Program-made: the position numbers and the translations under genes | From: Eledone cirrhosa | Lineage: Eukaryota | Length of the DNA: 64,000 nucleotides | Direction: 5' to 3' | Assembly (NCBI GenBank): GCA_964016885.1 | Contig: OZ024743.1 | Span: forward strand, 190,650,001-190,714,000 | The notes under the pieces: model-generated | What the model was told of the DNA's origin: nothing | Databases searched by the model: none | What the model saw: the letters and a program-made list of their open reading frames with translations, nothing else | Shown here: positions 1 through 11,869 of the stretch, piece by piece | Position numbering within the stretch: position 1 is the first letter of the stretch | Layout of the letters: each line of letters opens with the position of its first letter

Positions 1-132
1 AAACATTTTGAAGACCTAATCGCTATAGAATAGAATACGGGTCTTCAAAATGTTTATTATAAACATACAGAATATTTTCGAATATTCTATGTTTGTCTTC
101 ACATATATATCGCTATTTCAGAGCATTAAATC

Positions 133-135
<3 letters not shown>
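1..135 (-). repeat. End of a (TA)n-flanked repeat with two hairpins and a degenerate HHR-like motif
   Basis: Inverted repeat aaacattttgaagacc/ggtcttcaaaatgttt within ~1-55. Minus strand reads GTGAAGA..GAAAatatTC..AATAAA. Similar to the unit junction at ~7405-7515. Confidence 0.4.
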
Positions 136-170
<35 letters not shown>

Positions 171-172
<2 letters not shown>

Positions 173-1052
173 AAATGGTGGGTAAATATTCTATGGATGT
201 TGATCGCGAATAGATAGCTGTTCTTTATTTATCTATTATTTCTTCATAGGTGTCTTTTAATCTTATAGCCTGGTTTAATTGTTTTTTTTTGTGTGGTTGA
301 TTATGCTGATTGGGAGAGGAAATGGTGTATATATTTTATCAAATGAGTCTATGGACATACTTTATTGTATATTGCTCTGATTGTTGATTATTTAATTAAT
401 TAATTCGTCATTGAGTCACATCGTGAATGCTTGCCAAAAACATATATATATATGACTTTCTCTAGTTTGTGTATATGTAAATCTTTATATTTGATAATCG
501 CCTATATGGTTGAGATGCAATTTAGGCAATATTAGGCTGCGCTTTCTAGCAACCAGCCCACTCACCGTAAGGCACCAATCACATTCTTTCTGATTTGACC
601 ACTGCCACGTCACAGTTCTTAGCCATTTTGAATTCGTTTCTGTCGGGGATCATTTAAGAAAAGTCTTCGTCCAAGTGAGTTTGTTTCCTGGTGATTTCGA
701 AGCTCGTGAATTTATCCTTGATCGGATATTTCCAAAAGCGAATGAAATTCCTGGGGTAGAAACGTAATTTTGGTATGTTTATATACATTTTTTTTCTAAC
801 TTTGATTTTATACCTAATTGTGTATGGTTGACGATATATTTAATCGATGCCCACGTGCTATTGGAAATGCTGAGTAAATATTCTATGGCTGTTGATCGCG
901 AATAGATAGTTGTCGTTTATTTATCTATTATTTCTTCATAGGTGTCTTTTAATCTTATAGCCTGATTTAATTGTTATTTTGTGTGGTTGATTATGCTGAT
1001 TGGGAGAGGAAATAGTGTATATATGTTATCAAATGATTCTATGGACATACTT

Positions 1053-1056
<4 letters not shown>
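171..1056. mobile_element. Non-coding element with ~195-bp terminal direct repeats (171-366 and 863-1056), PLE pseudo-LTR-like
   Basis: Two near-identical copies beginning ggaaatg and ending ggacatactttatt, 692 bp apart; (TA)n on both flanks. Confidence 0.6.
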
Positions 1057-1500
<444 letters not shown>

Positions 1501-1574
1501 TGAAAGACCAAAGGTCATTATTGAAAGTCACTGGATTTCGCAAAATACATATATTTAGACCTAGCCCGCCAGTG

Positions 1575-4272
1575 TCATCATCATCATCATCATCAGGTTT
1601 AGCGTCCGTGTTCCACGCTTGCATGGGTTTGGACGGGGGTTTTCCCACTTGAAGCAAGAGTGGTTGTCTTGCTCGCATAAGACTGTCTGGCGGGTTTTCT
1701 ACAGTTGGATGCCCTTCCTAACACCAACCACATTTACAGTGTGGGGCTGGGAGGTTTTTACCGTGTTGCCTACACGGCCACATTACAGCGTGGACTGTCT
1801 GGCGGGTTTTCTACAGCTGGATGCCCTTCCTAACACCAACCACATTTACAGTGTAGGGCTGGGAGGTTTTTACCGTGTTGCCTACACGGCCACATTTACA
1901 TCGTGGACTGTGTGTTTTTTTGTCGTGACACCTACACGATCTCATTTGTTTCGGCCTGGATGTTGTGGGACCAACATAACTTTACATTGAAAGGGGCCGT
2001 GTGGATGGGGTGGAGGTGGTGGGACGGGGGTGTGTTTTGATAGAGATGCCTACTGACTGTAGTAGGTTTTTACTTTGTATTTAGGTAAGGCGGGTCTTCT
2101 CTATTACTGAGTACCGCCAAAGGTCTCGGTCCAGTGACATTGTCTTGGAGAGGTGTAAGCGTGTGAGGTCGGAATTTATCAGCTCGTCCCATGTTTTTCT
2201 GGGTCTGCCTACTCCGTGGCTACCGTCTATCTTTATTGCCCTGCACTTTGTTATACAGCTGTCGTCTTTCATGCGCATCACGTGACCGTACCAACGTAGC
2301 CTTCTCTCGAGTAAACAACATCTGATCCCTCTTATTTCTAATTTTTCAGTTAGTTCGTTTATGCTTTGCCGTTCACGTATATTACTATTGCACATCCAGC
2401 GGAGCATGCAAGCTTCGTTCCTCTCTAGTCTGCGTATATCCTCTGCACACAATGCCCAGGTCTCACTGCCATGCAGCATTGCTGTTCGTATGCAGGCATC
2501 GTATAACCTGCCTTTCATTTTTAGGGAGAACCCTCTAGCGGCTGATAGTGGTATAAGCTCTCTGAACTTTTTCCATCCAGTTCTGACTCTAGCTACTGTA
2601 CTTTCAGAGCACCCTCCCCCACTGCTGATTTTGTCACCCAGGTAACGGAAGCTGTCCACTATTTCTATAGAACCCTCTGCGCAGTTGAAGGAGCTAGTAT
2701 TTTGTGGGCACTTGCTGCTACTTATTGCACCAGAGCACCGGCCACATGTAAAATCTATGTTCTTAGTTAGCTTACCTGTGATCCCACTACATCTTTTATG
2801 CACCCATACTTCGCATTTGGGACATAAAATGGAGTTTCTACCTACGCCTTTCCTACACACTGAGCATGCCCATTTCCCAGATGGGACCGCCGCCTTATTT
2901 TCTTTCCTACAAACTAGAACTTTAGTCTTAGCCAGGTTAATTTTGATTCTAGGCCGTGCTTCCATGTTTGGAATTTCTTCTCTAGTTCGGTCATTGATTC
3001 AGCTATGAGCGTTAGATCATCTGCGTATAGGAGTTCCCATGGGCAGCCGGTCTTGAACTGCTCTGTTATAGCCTGAAGGGCAATAATAAATAGTAGGGGG
3101 CTAAGAACAGAGCCCTGATGGACACCAACTTTTACGCTAAACTCTTCACTATATTCGTTGTTAATTCTAACCTTACTGACTGTTTCTTTATACATGGCTT
3201 GTATAGCTCTCACAAGCCATTCGTCAACACCTAGTTTTCTAAGAAACCACCAGATAATGGAACGGAGGACTCTGTCGAAGGCTTTCTCCAAGTCGACAAA
3301 AGTTAAGTATAGGGGTTTACTTTTAGCTAGGTACTTCTCCTGTAGTTGTCGTACAATGAAAAGAGCGTCTGTGGTACTTTTGCCTGACACAAACCCGAAC
3401 TGCATTTCATCTAGATCAATTCTCTCTCTGATTAGTTGCGCTATTACTTTTTCCGTGACCTTCATGACCTGGTCGATTAATTTAATGCCTCTATAGTTAC
3501 TCCTATCTAGGGCATCTCCTTTTCCCTTATAGCAGTTAACGATGATGCTGCTACGCCAGTCCTTCGGAACAACCCCATTCTGTACGACTTGGTTAACTAT
3601 CCGGGTGACCATGGTGTGTCCCACCGAACCAGATGCCTTCAGCATCTCAGCAACTATTTCCGAAGGACCAGCCGCCTTACCCGTCTTCATATCTTTGATT
3701 GCCTTGCTTATTGTACTACCCTGGACTAACACTGCTGGTCCCTTTATTGGGTCGATGTGGGGGAGACTGTCTTTCTCCCATTTGTTCTCCTCATTTAGAA
3801 GCCTTTCGTAGTGACACTTCCAAGCTACCTTCTTATCAGCGTCGGTGATGGCAAGTATGCCATCATCGTTAAGTACACACTTCTCCCCGACAATATCACG
3901 GTTTTCCTTGACACATTGCCTGGCAATCCTGAACACCTCACGTTTTTGGTCCTCACGTTGTAGAACATGCTTGAACTTTCTTTCCTCTGCTTCCCTTCTT
4001 GCGAAGTACACTTGTCTCCTAGCTTCCCTCCTGGCCACTTGATAGTCTTCTCTACTTCCCCCATCCCGCCGTACTTTCCAAGCCTGCTTTTTGGCCTTAA
4101 TTGACTCCTCCACCTTACTGTTCCACCACCATGTTACTCTCCTCCTACCTACAGACCTGCTCCAGCCACAGACTTCGTCTGCCGCCGTCAGCAGGTTTGC
4201 TCTCAGGTATTCCCACTGTTCCTCTATATTATACGACTCTAATTGCTCTTCCTTACTGTCGAAAGTGTCAAG

Positions 4273-4275
<3 letters not shown>
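1575..4275 (-). mobile_element. 5'-truncated RTE-clade LINE with (GAT)n tail
   Basis: ORFs 2914-4275 and 2081-2965 (one frameshift) carry RT motifs NYRGIKL, QFGF, FVDLEKAFD, GVHQGSVLSP, LLYADD, FRYLG and the C-terminal RLRWYGHV/GRPRKTW. (GAT)n tail at ~1575-1594; 5' end abuts (TA)n. Confidence 0.93.
1681..1910 (-). repeat. ~112-bp tandem duplication in the RTE 3' region
   Basis: gactgtctggcgggttttctacag.tggatgcccttcctaacaccaaccac occurs at 1681 and 1793. Confidence 0.85.
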
Positions 4276-4327
<52 letters not shown>

Positions 4328-4656
4328 AATATTAGACAGGAAAAAAAACAGAGAGGCAGTACAAATAGTAGTTTATATATATATATATATATAATGCCAA
4401 TCATTGTTAGTTTGAATCTAACTGACATACAGAAACATATATATAGGAATAAGGTAAGCCGAAATCATAGTAGATTCACTAATCACAGAGATGAAGAGAG
4501 ATTGAGAGAGAGAGGGGGGGAGCGAGGGGGGAGAGAGGGAGAGAAATGAGGTGGAACAGAAATAAAACATGGATTACAGGTTAAAATGTATTCTAGATAG
4601 ATGAGAAACAAAACGAGGATGTAATTAATAGAACACCCAAATGATTTAGAAGGAGC

Positions 4657-5020
4657 AATAACATTACGAAAGACATGAACGATACCACATCAATTTGTGT
4701 TGAACATTTTGAAAGTAGGTCTATAAATATCTCTGTGGCCTAGCGGTAGGTATTAGAGACGGTTGAGATCCTGACCGTGGGTTCAATCCTGGACAATAGC
4801 ATCATGTATACTTTTTTTCAGTTTTTATTTTACAACCATTATACAAAACTGAAAAGGTTTACCGGGAACCCTACTCCCGACTAGGATCGAACTTCAGAGC
4901 GGGATCCTAGTAGGCTACCGAGACAACTACAACAGTTTAATGAAAATTGATAATTATAAACCTACTTTCAAAACAAACTTTAAAAGATGTGGTGTCGTTG
5001 ATGGCTTTCCTAGTGCTATT
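4657..5020. mobile_element. Foldback/MITE-like element with imperfect terminal inverted repeats and internal tRNA-like boxes
   Basis: aataacattacgaaagacatgaacgataccacatc..ttttgaaagtagg matches the reverse complement of ~4949-5020. A-box tggcctagcgg and B-box ggttcaatcc at 4736-4790. Confidence 0.6.
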
Positions 5021-5029
5021 AATAATATT

Positions 5030-5264
5030 TAGGGTCGACTTCTGCTCATTATTGAAAGTCTCTGAAATTCGCTAAATACATAGTATTTTTTATTGGAGAA
5101 GGTACGTTACTTTTCCGCAAAAGTTTGATTGAACTGTTTTGTTTCCACTTATGTATTTTTCGAAAATGTTATTTATTCATTATAAAAATTCAATGATAGC
5201 ATTCTATACGTAGGTGGGCGTCCTTCATCTCCTGGCAACCAATACTTTTAGACCCAATCCGCCA

Positions 5265-5268
<4 letters not shown>
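5030..5268 (-). mobile_element. Possible terminus of a hAT-like DNA transposon
   Basis: Minus strand begins CAGTGGCGGATTGGG next to (TA)n, a common hAT-type TIR start; no partner end seen. Confidence 0.3.
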
Positions 5269-5329
<61 letters not shown>

Positions 5330-5355
5330 TTGTGTGTGTGTGTGTGTGTGTGTGA

Positions 5356-5417
<62 letters not shown>

Positions 5418-5492
5418 ATGTGTGTGTGTGTGTGTGTGTGCGTATGTATGTGTGCGTGCGTGTGTGTATCGAAAGTGAGAATGACTATTCTG

Positions 5493-5606
5493 CAGGTGTG
5501 AGCCTCCCGAGATGGAATGGCTCTTCCAGCGCAGCTCCCTTCCCATCCTTCGGGTAAACGCCCTCCCTCTCCATTCTGTCCGCCTGGGTTGTGGGGCGGC
5601 TAGCAC
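5493..5606. repeat. GC-rich dispersed repeat, copy 1 (paralogue at 28158-28270)
   Basis: caggtgtgagc..gaatggctcttccagcgc..ctccattctgtcc is shared with 28158-28270; roughly 80% identity by eye. Confidence 0.8.
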
Positions 5607-6760
5607 GTGAGACCCATTTTCTTACTATGCAGAGAGATGGGGTGGGCGAGAGAGATGGAGCAATGACGGTGGGAGTGCAGCTCTTCCATGTTCGGACACA
5701 TTGCACCGGTCAAGAGCGTATATTGATGTACACCACCTCTATCTCACTATTAACATTAACAAATACCATATTATGGATTATTAAAGTTGATAAAAATGAC
5801 CAGTTAATTGGGAGCGACCACATATCCTAGCATGACATTCCACAGACAGTTCAAAACTGAATTCTGATAAAAGCGTGGTAATTGATTGGTGGGATTCCTG
5901 TAAGTGAGGGGATGGAAAAGGAAGTTGAGAGAGATTTATAGAGAAGGACAAGGAATAAGAAGAAAAGCAAAGAAGAAAGGAAGAGAGGTAGAAGTTATAA
6001 AGGAGAAGAGAGAAAGTAAAAATGAAAACGTGAAAAGTAGAAAAAAAGACAGAAAAAGAACGTAAAAGGGGGAAGGGAGGATGAGGGACAGCAAAAATAA
6101 TTATTAGCATGAAGAAAGAACAAAAACATATTACAAACAAGCACACACACACAGCTGGCTGGAACTAGCTCTATAGGTTAAATCAATGGTGTCAAGTTAC
6201 AATCTTTGGAAGGCCACTGGGACTACAAACTGACAGTTAAAATGAAAATATAAATCTATGAATTTGATATATAATAAAGTAAGTTATGCTTTAAAAAATG
6301 AAAAACGAAACGATGAAGCAATCGGGAATTTAAGATCAGTATATAAGATAGAGCCCTAGAGACTAATTATACAGACAGCTGCAAATATTCACATACATAG
6401 GAATACATACACACACATGTATATATAGATATAGATATATATATATACAAAGCATACACCTATCCACACAGATACAACGACACACATCATATGTACATTC
6501 AAATATATATATATGATGATGTTACAGATGTGCAACGAAAGAACTTTGATAGACTATATATATATTTATTTTTATCTGTATTTTTAACCGTTGATTGCCA
6601 AATAAATTAACTATACACATATAAAACGTTGATTGCCAAATAAATTAACTATACAGATATAAAAGATACAGAAGCGAAAACCAACCAAACAGTGAGTGTG
6701 TTCTGTTATTATTTCTGGCAATATTATTACAGCCATATGACCCTCTCCAAGTATAACAAT

Positions 6761-6968
6761 ATATTAGGTATTAAATTAACAATGAAAGTAAAAACAACAA
6801 AATTAAGTTATTTTACTTATTCATATCATTGTTTTACGATCGTTTCGAAGGATTGATCTTATTGACGTATTGTCTGATCTATAGCATTTGTATAACTGTA
6901 TACTATGAATAGGTAAAATAATTTGGCTTTGTTGTTTTTATTTTCATTGTTAATTTAATACCTAATAT
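6761..6968. repeat. Inverted repeat with ~65-bp arms
   Basis: atattaggtattaaattaacaatgaaa..ttattcata versus its reverse complement ending cctaatat at 6968. Confidence 0.85.
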
Positions 6969-7119
6969 CTGATTCTGTATCTAAGCAACTAACTCAGCGG
7001 AACACGGAACTTTTCTATGGATATCATTGGATTACTCGCCATCTCTGCTACCGCTATAACAAAAGGGTGACGTTAGTCATCTTGAACACATGGCGTAATG
7101 AGACTGCATGGATATAAAT

Positions 7120-7693
7120 ATATATATATATATGAATGTATATATAGTGTATTTTGCAATACATTGTATGCTTAATTAAAAGCATTTCGAAGACCTTATG
7201 CTATTGTTTTAGAGTAGTGACAGACTCACTTACTTTAATTTTCAGCAAACAGAGGGAGATAAACTGACAAGGCCTTGTTTCGCATTTATTGATGCTTAAA
7301 AAAGCAAACTACTCCTCTTGTTTGCCGAAATCATGGATGTTTGGTTGTTATAGAATTCTAATAAATAATCAGGAACTGATTATACAGAGCGTTTGCCGGT
7401 GAAGCAGGAATTGAAAATTAGAATTGGTGCTCTGAAATAGCTATATATATATGAATGTATATATAGTGTATTTTGCAATACACTGTATGCTTAATTAAAA
7501 GCATTTCGAACACCTTATGCTATTGTTTTAGAGTAGTGACAGACTCGCTTACTTTAATTTTCAATAAACAGGGGGAGATAAAGCTAACAAGGCCTTGTTT
7601 CGCATTCATTGATGCTTATCAAAGTCAACTACTCCTCCTGCTTGCTGATATCATGGATGGTTGGTTCTTATAGAATTCTAGTAAATAATCAGA
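7120..7693. repeat. Tandem repeat, ~320-bp unit, second copy truncated by the R4-type LINE
   Basis: tatgaatgta at 7131 and 7450; ggccttgtttcgc at 7271 and 7591. Confidence 0.9.
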
Positions 7694-10600
7694 AACCCCA
7701 ACATTTTGGCAAATCAACGCCTGTTTATATGCCTTAGCAACGACAGTGAAGCATTATCTTGGTGATAGCAGAAATATTAACAAGAACAGAACACCACCAA
7801 AAATACCATCATATATAACTAAAATAGAAAAAAAGATTGCTGACCTACGAAAAAACATAGGATATGTGACAATACTCCTTACATGCAAACAAACACAAAA
7901 AACCTCACTCCTCACCAACAAAGAGTGAACAATAAAATAGAGACGATGTTTGGTAATAGTAGAACCATAACTCTCCAATATAAGCTGATCACCCTCAAAC
8001 AAGGATTGAGAGCTGTTAGCGAAAAACGCCGATACCTGAAGAAGGTAGATGAGAGAAAAGTGCTTAATAAAAGATTCAGACGAAACCAAACATCAGTCTA
8101 TAGAGATATGAAGAGCAAAATAATAAGTGTCACTGAGGCCCATCCCAGAAAGCCATAGATTCCTTTTGGAGCAAAATATGGGGTGAAAAGAAGAATTTCA
8201 ACCAAGATGCAGTGTGGCTAAGAGAAATCCGAAAGAACTATTGCTCCTACACTACAAAAAAAACATACGAAATAAGTGAGGGTACACTTGAGACTGTGAT
8301 AGGAAAACTCCAAGATAAGAAAACACCAGGAAGAGAGATGATTGTCGGCTACTGGTACAAAAAACTGATATTCTATCGGAGGTATCTTACTGACCTCTAC
8401 CAACATGTTCTTAAGGGAGATACACTTATACCAGAATGGTTGACATTAGCACAAAGATTACTGGTCCCCAAGAACAAAGACACCCACTTGGCAAAAAACT
8501 ACCGACCCATTGCATGCCAGAACCTGATGTATAAGATGTATACAGCCTGCCTGAACCTATTCCTCCAAGATCACTGTGAAAATAATAACATCATCACAGA
8601 TGAAGAAGCAGCTGGTAAGAAAGGGTTTTAGGTAGGTGCTGAACAACTCCTAATCAACAAAACTGCGATGTCAGAGGTGCGACAACTTAGGAGGAATATG
8701 GCTACAGTCTGGCTGGACTACAGGAAAGATTTCGGTTCTGTTCCCCACTGATGTATGATAGAGGCCTTCCAACTTGCTAAAGTCTCAGACATTATTGTCA
8801 GAGCCATAGAGAAGCTGTCTTCTTCTTGGGCTACTATCCTAAGGTTAAAGACAGAGAGGGAGGATTCTATTTTCACTGATAAAATAAAATATTGCAGGGG
8901 TATATTTCAGGGGGACAGTCTCTCTGTGATATTATTCATATTGTCATTAAACCCCTTGTCCTTTCTGCTCAAGAAATGTGAGGGATACACCATTGGCTCA
9001 CAGAAGGACAGAAATGCGAACTTAACCCATTATTTCTTTGTTGACGATCTGAAACTCTATGCCTAGAACATGGATGGGATGAAGAAAAATCTTGACCTGG
9101 TTACAAAGTTCTCAAAGGATATAGGAATGCAGTTTGGCCAATATAAATGCTCATATATGATTGTAAAGCGGGAAAAAACAACAACCCAATCTAGCAACAT
9201 TGTCATCAATGTCCTAACTGTTTCACCGATATCTGATGAGGACTGCTACCTGGGGATAGATGTGAACATATCCTATAATGATATCTGTAATAAAGAACGC
9301 ATAACCAGGGAATACTACACCCGATTCTGAAAGATCTGGTCATCGGAACTCTCTGCGCAAAACAAAACAGTGGCTCACAATGTGTTTGCTGTGCCTGTCC
9401 TAACACAAACGTTTGGAATACTCAATTGGACGATAGACGAAATCCGAGCAGTTGATGTTGGAACTCGAAAAATACTAAACAACACCGGAAACTTCCACAT
9501 CAACAGTAACATAGACCGCCTTTACTTGAAACGTAAGCAGGGAGGCAGAGGCCTAACATCAGTCCAGACAACATTTGAATGTCGCATCCTATCTCTCCGA
9601 CATCTACGAACCTCGAAGCGTAGGAGCCCGTTTATTGAGAAAGTCTATCTGCATGAAACAGATAAGATCATGAGAGTTGGGAAGGAACTCCTCGAGAGAT
9701 ATTCCCTGTGTGATAATCAAAAACTCACACCCAGGGAAGTCGCTCAGCAGTATCGCAGTGAATCCGTGGATGAAAAACTGCATACTTATCAGCAAAAAAT
9801 CATGCATGGATATGTTGCCAGGAAGCTCCAGAGTGAGAGTAATATAGATAAGGAAAGTAGCCTGTCTTGGACCAACAACCGCTATATTGGCTCCCACTTT
9901 GAAGGATACGCTTTTGCAATCCAAAAACAGGAGATTAACACGAAATACCTGATTCACAAAAGAGATAGGGATGTAGGCAAAACACCTAGATGTGATAACA
10001 AGTGCAGACTCTGCAGAACTAACATCCAGGATACCACCCATGTCATCAGCAGCTGTCCAAAGATGTCATCGCGGTACTATCTACCTATGAGGCATGATGT
10101 AGTGGCCAAAACACTGTACGATGCAGTTCGTAAAAAGGATAGCGCCAATAATAAACACATTAAACGCTCCAGATATGTGGAAGACATCCATGTACATAAT
10201 ATGAAAGAGTACTAGTGGAATGTTCCAGTAAAGCCCCAATAAAATGCAGGCATAACAGACCAGATATTATGATATGGCACAGGGAGTAGAAAGCATTCAC
10301 AGTAGTGGAAATTAGCTACCAAGCAGATGCCAATATAATATCAAAGATTAGTGAAAAGGAGAATATTAATGCAAAACTGATGAGAAATCTGCAGATACTC
10401 CACCCTGATTACACTTTCACATTTATGCCTGTGATTATTGGGGCACTGGGCTATGTTAGTAATTGCCTCAATACAAATCTTGAGAAGCTATGCTTCACAG
10501 GAACAGAAAGAACACAACTAGTTAGGAAATTACAAGTACAATCCATTAATGGAACAGTAAAAATATGTAAAACATTCCAAACATTTTGCATCTGATAACT

Positions 10601-10822
10601 GCATATACACGTGTACAGATGCAAAGCATATACACATGCACACACAACTCAAAACATCGACATCCACACATACAATAACATCCATATCTTCACATGCAGA
10701 CATGCAGACATCATCTACCTAGTTGATGTTGTGTAAATTCCAATGAGAGAGCCTTGTGTCTATGTTAGAAACCGACACTCTCTCTATTAGTAAAACTTTG
10801 TGAAATAATAAAACCAGAAGAA
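7694..10822 (+). mobile_element. R4/Dong-clade non-LTR retrotransposon (RT plus restriction-like endonuclease), disrupted by stops and frameshifts
   Basis: Fragmented ORFs give YRPIACQNLMYKMYT, GIFQGDSLS, FVDDLKLYA, RLYLKRKQGGRGL, CCHC knuckle CRLC-x8-H-x4-C, RHD, RPD (10257-10265) and PVIIGALG. About 230-nt 3' UTR. Confidence 0.9.
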
Positions 10823-11674
10823 CATACATACATACAAATAGATACACAAATACACAGGCAGAAACATACATAGATGCTTTTGTGCGCACACAAGTAAATT
10901 TAACAGAAAATGATCAATGCAGGAATATTGAAAGATATGATGAGCTGAGACCGAAAAATATAAATGAAGAATAAAAAAAGAAAGTTAAAGAAATGCGGAA
11001 ATTTAAAATGAAAATCTTATATGGATTCCTAAATATACATGCAACTGCTCCAGAAAGCAAGTGGTGAAACATAGAGATAGTGATGGAAATAACCATTCAC
11101 TAGCAAGATTAATAGTTTCATTGGTGGATATAAAGTCCACGACCTCAAATCACATATCTCAAAAGACCATACTTTAGAGTGTGGTGAGAAACCACTGGAG
11201 AGATAATATTGTTTAAAGATATCAAACTTTATATATCAAATTCTTATATTATTATTTTCATTTTATCTGTCAGTTTTTACTTGCAGTGGTTTGCAAAAGA
11301 ATTCAATTTCACAGTACTGGCTTAAGCTATATTGCCGAATTCCAGTGCTGATATGAAATTTGTTATCTCTTTATTTTTGTTTTTCTCCCATACTGGTCAC
11401 TCACTCTCGCCTTCCATCTTTCTTATTTCCCCTATTTTCGTCTTTCATGCACATTTTTCATTTTAATTCTCTCCTTTAACTTTTAGTTTATGTGCTCTTC
11501 TTTTCCTAGCCTTTTTGCTTGTCAGTCCACCATTTTCTCTGTGCCCCACCCCTCTTAAGTAGCAATCCAACCCAATAACTACATCAATTTCATCCATGTG
11601 AGGAATCGATAAATCAGTGACACAGCAGGGAAACTCCAGATAAACAAATCACTGAGGCAGGCAAACTTAATATA

Positions 11675-11771
<97 letters not shown>

Positions 11772-11869
11772 CGTTGACAAATATATCAATATGCCCAGAC
11801 ATGTAGATATATTGCCCTTGGTATGACAGTGTGGTTTTAGCTCATGTAGGATATCTAGTATACTACAGA

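Noticed and set aside
2361-4324. Plus-strand ORFs overlapping the RTE (likewise 37041-37964, and minus-strand ORFs at 51141-53496)
   Set aside because: Antisense shadows of the RT reading frame.
4276-4428. N-terminal extension of the 504-aa ORF
   Set aside because: Read-through into (TA)n and flanking DNA; RTE homology starts at ~4275.
4733-4800. Functional tRNA gene
   Set aside because: A/B boxes are present but no convincing acceptor stem or cloverleaf; embedded in a foldback repeat.
5485-5706. Peptide similarity EGVYPKDGKGAALEEPF versus EGVCPEDGKGDALEEPF (28123-28431)
   Set aside because: Frame-breaking indels and many non-synonymous differences; the similarity is at nucleotide level.
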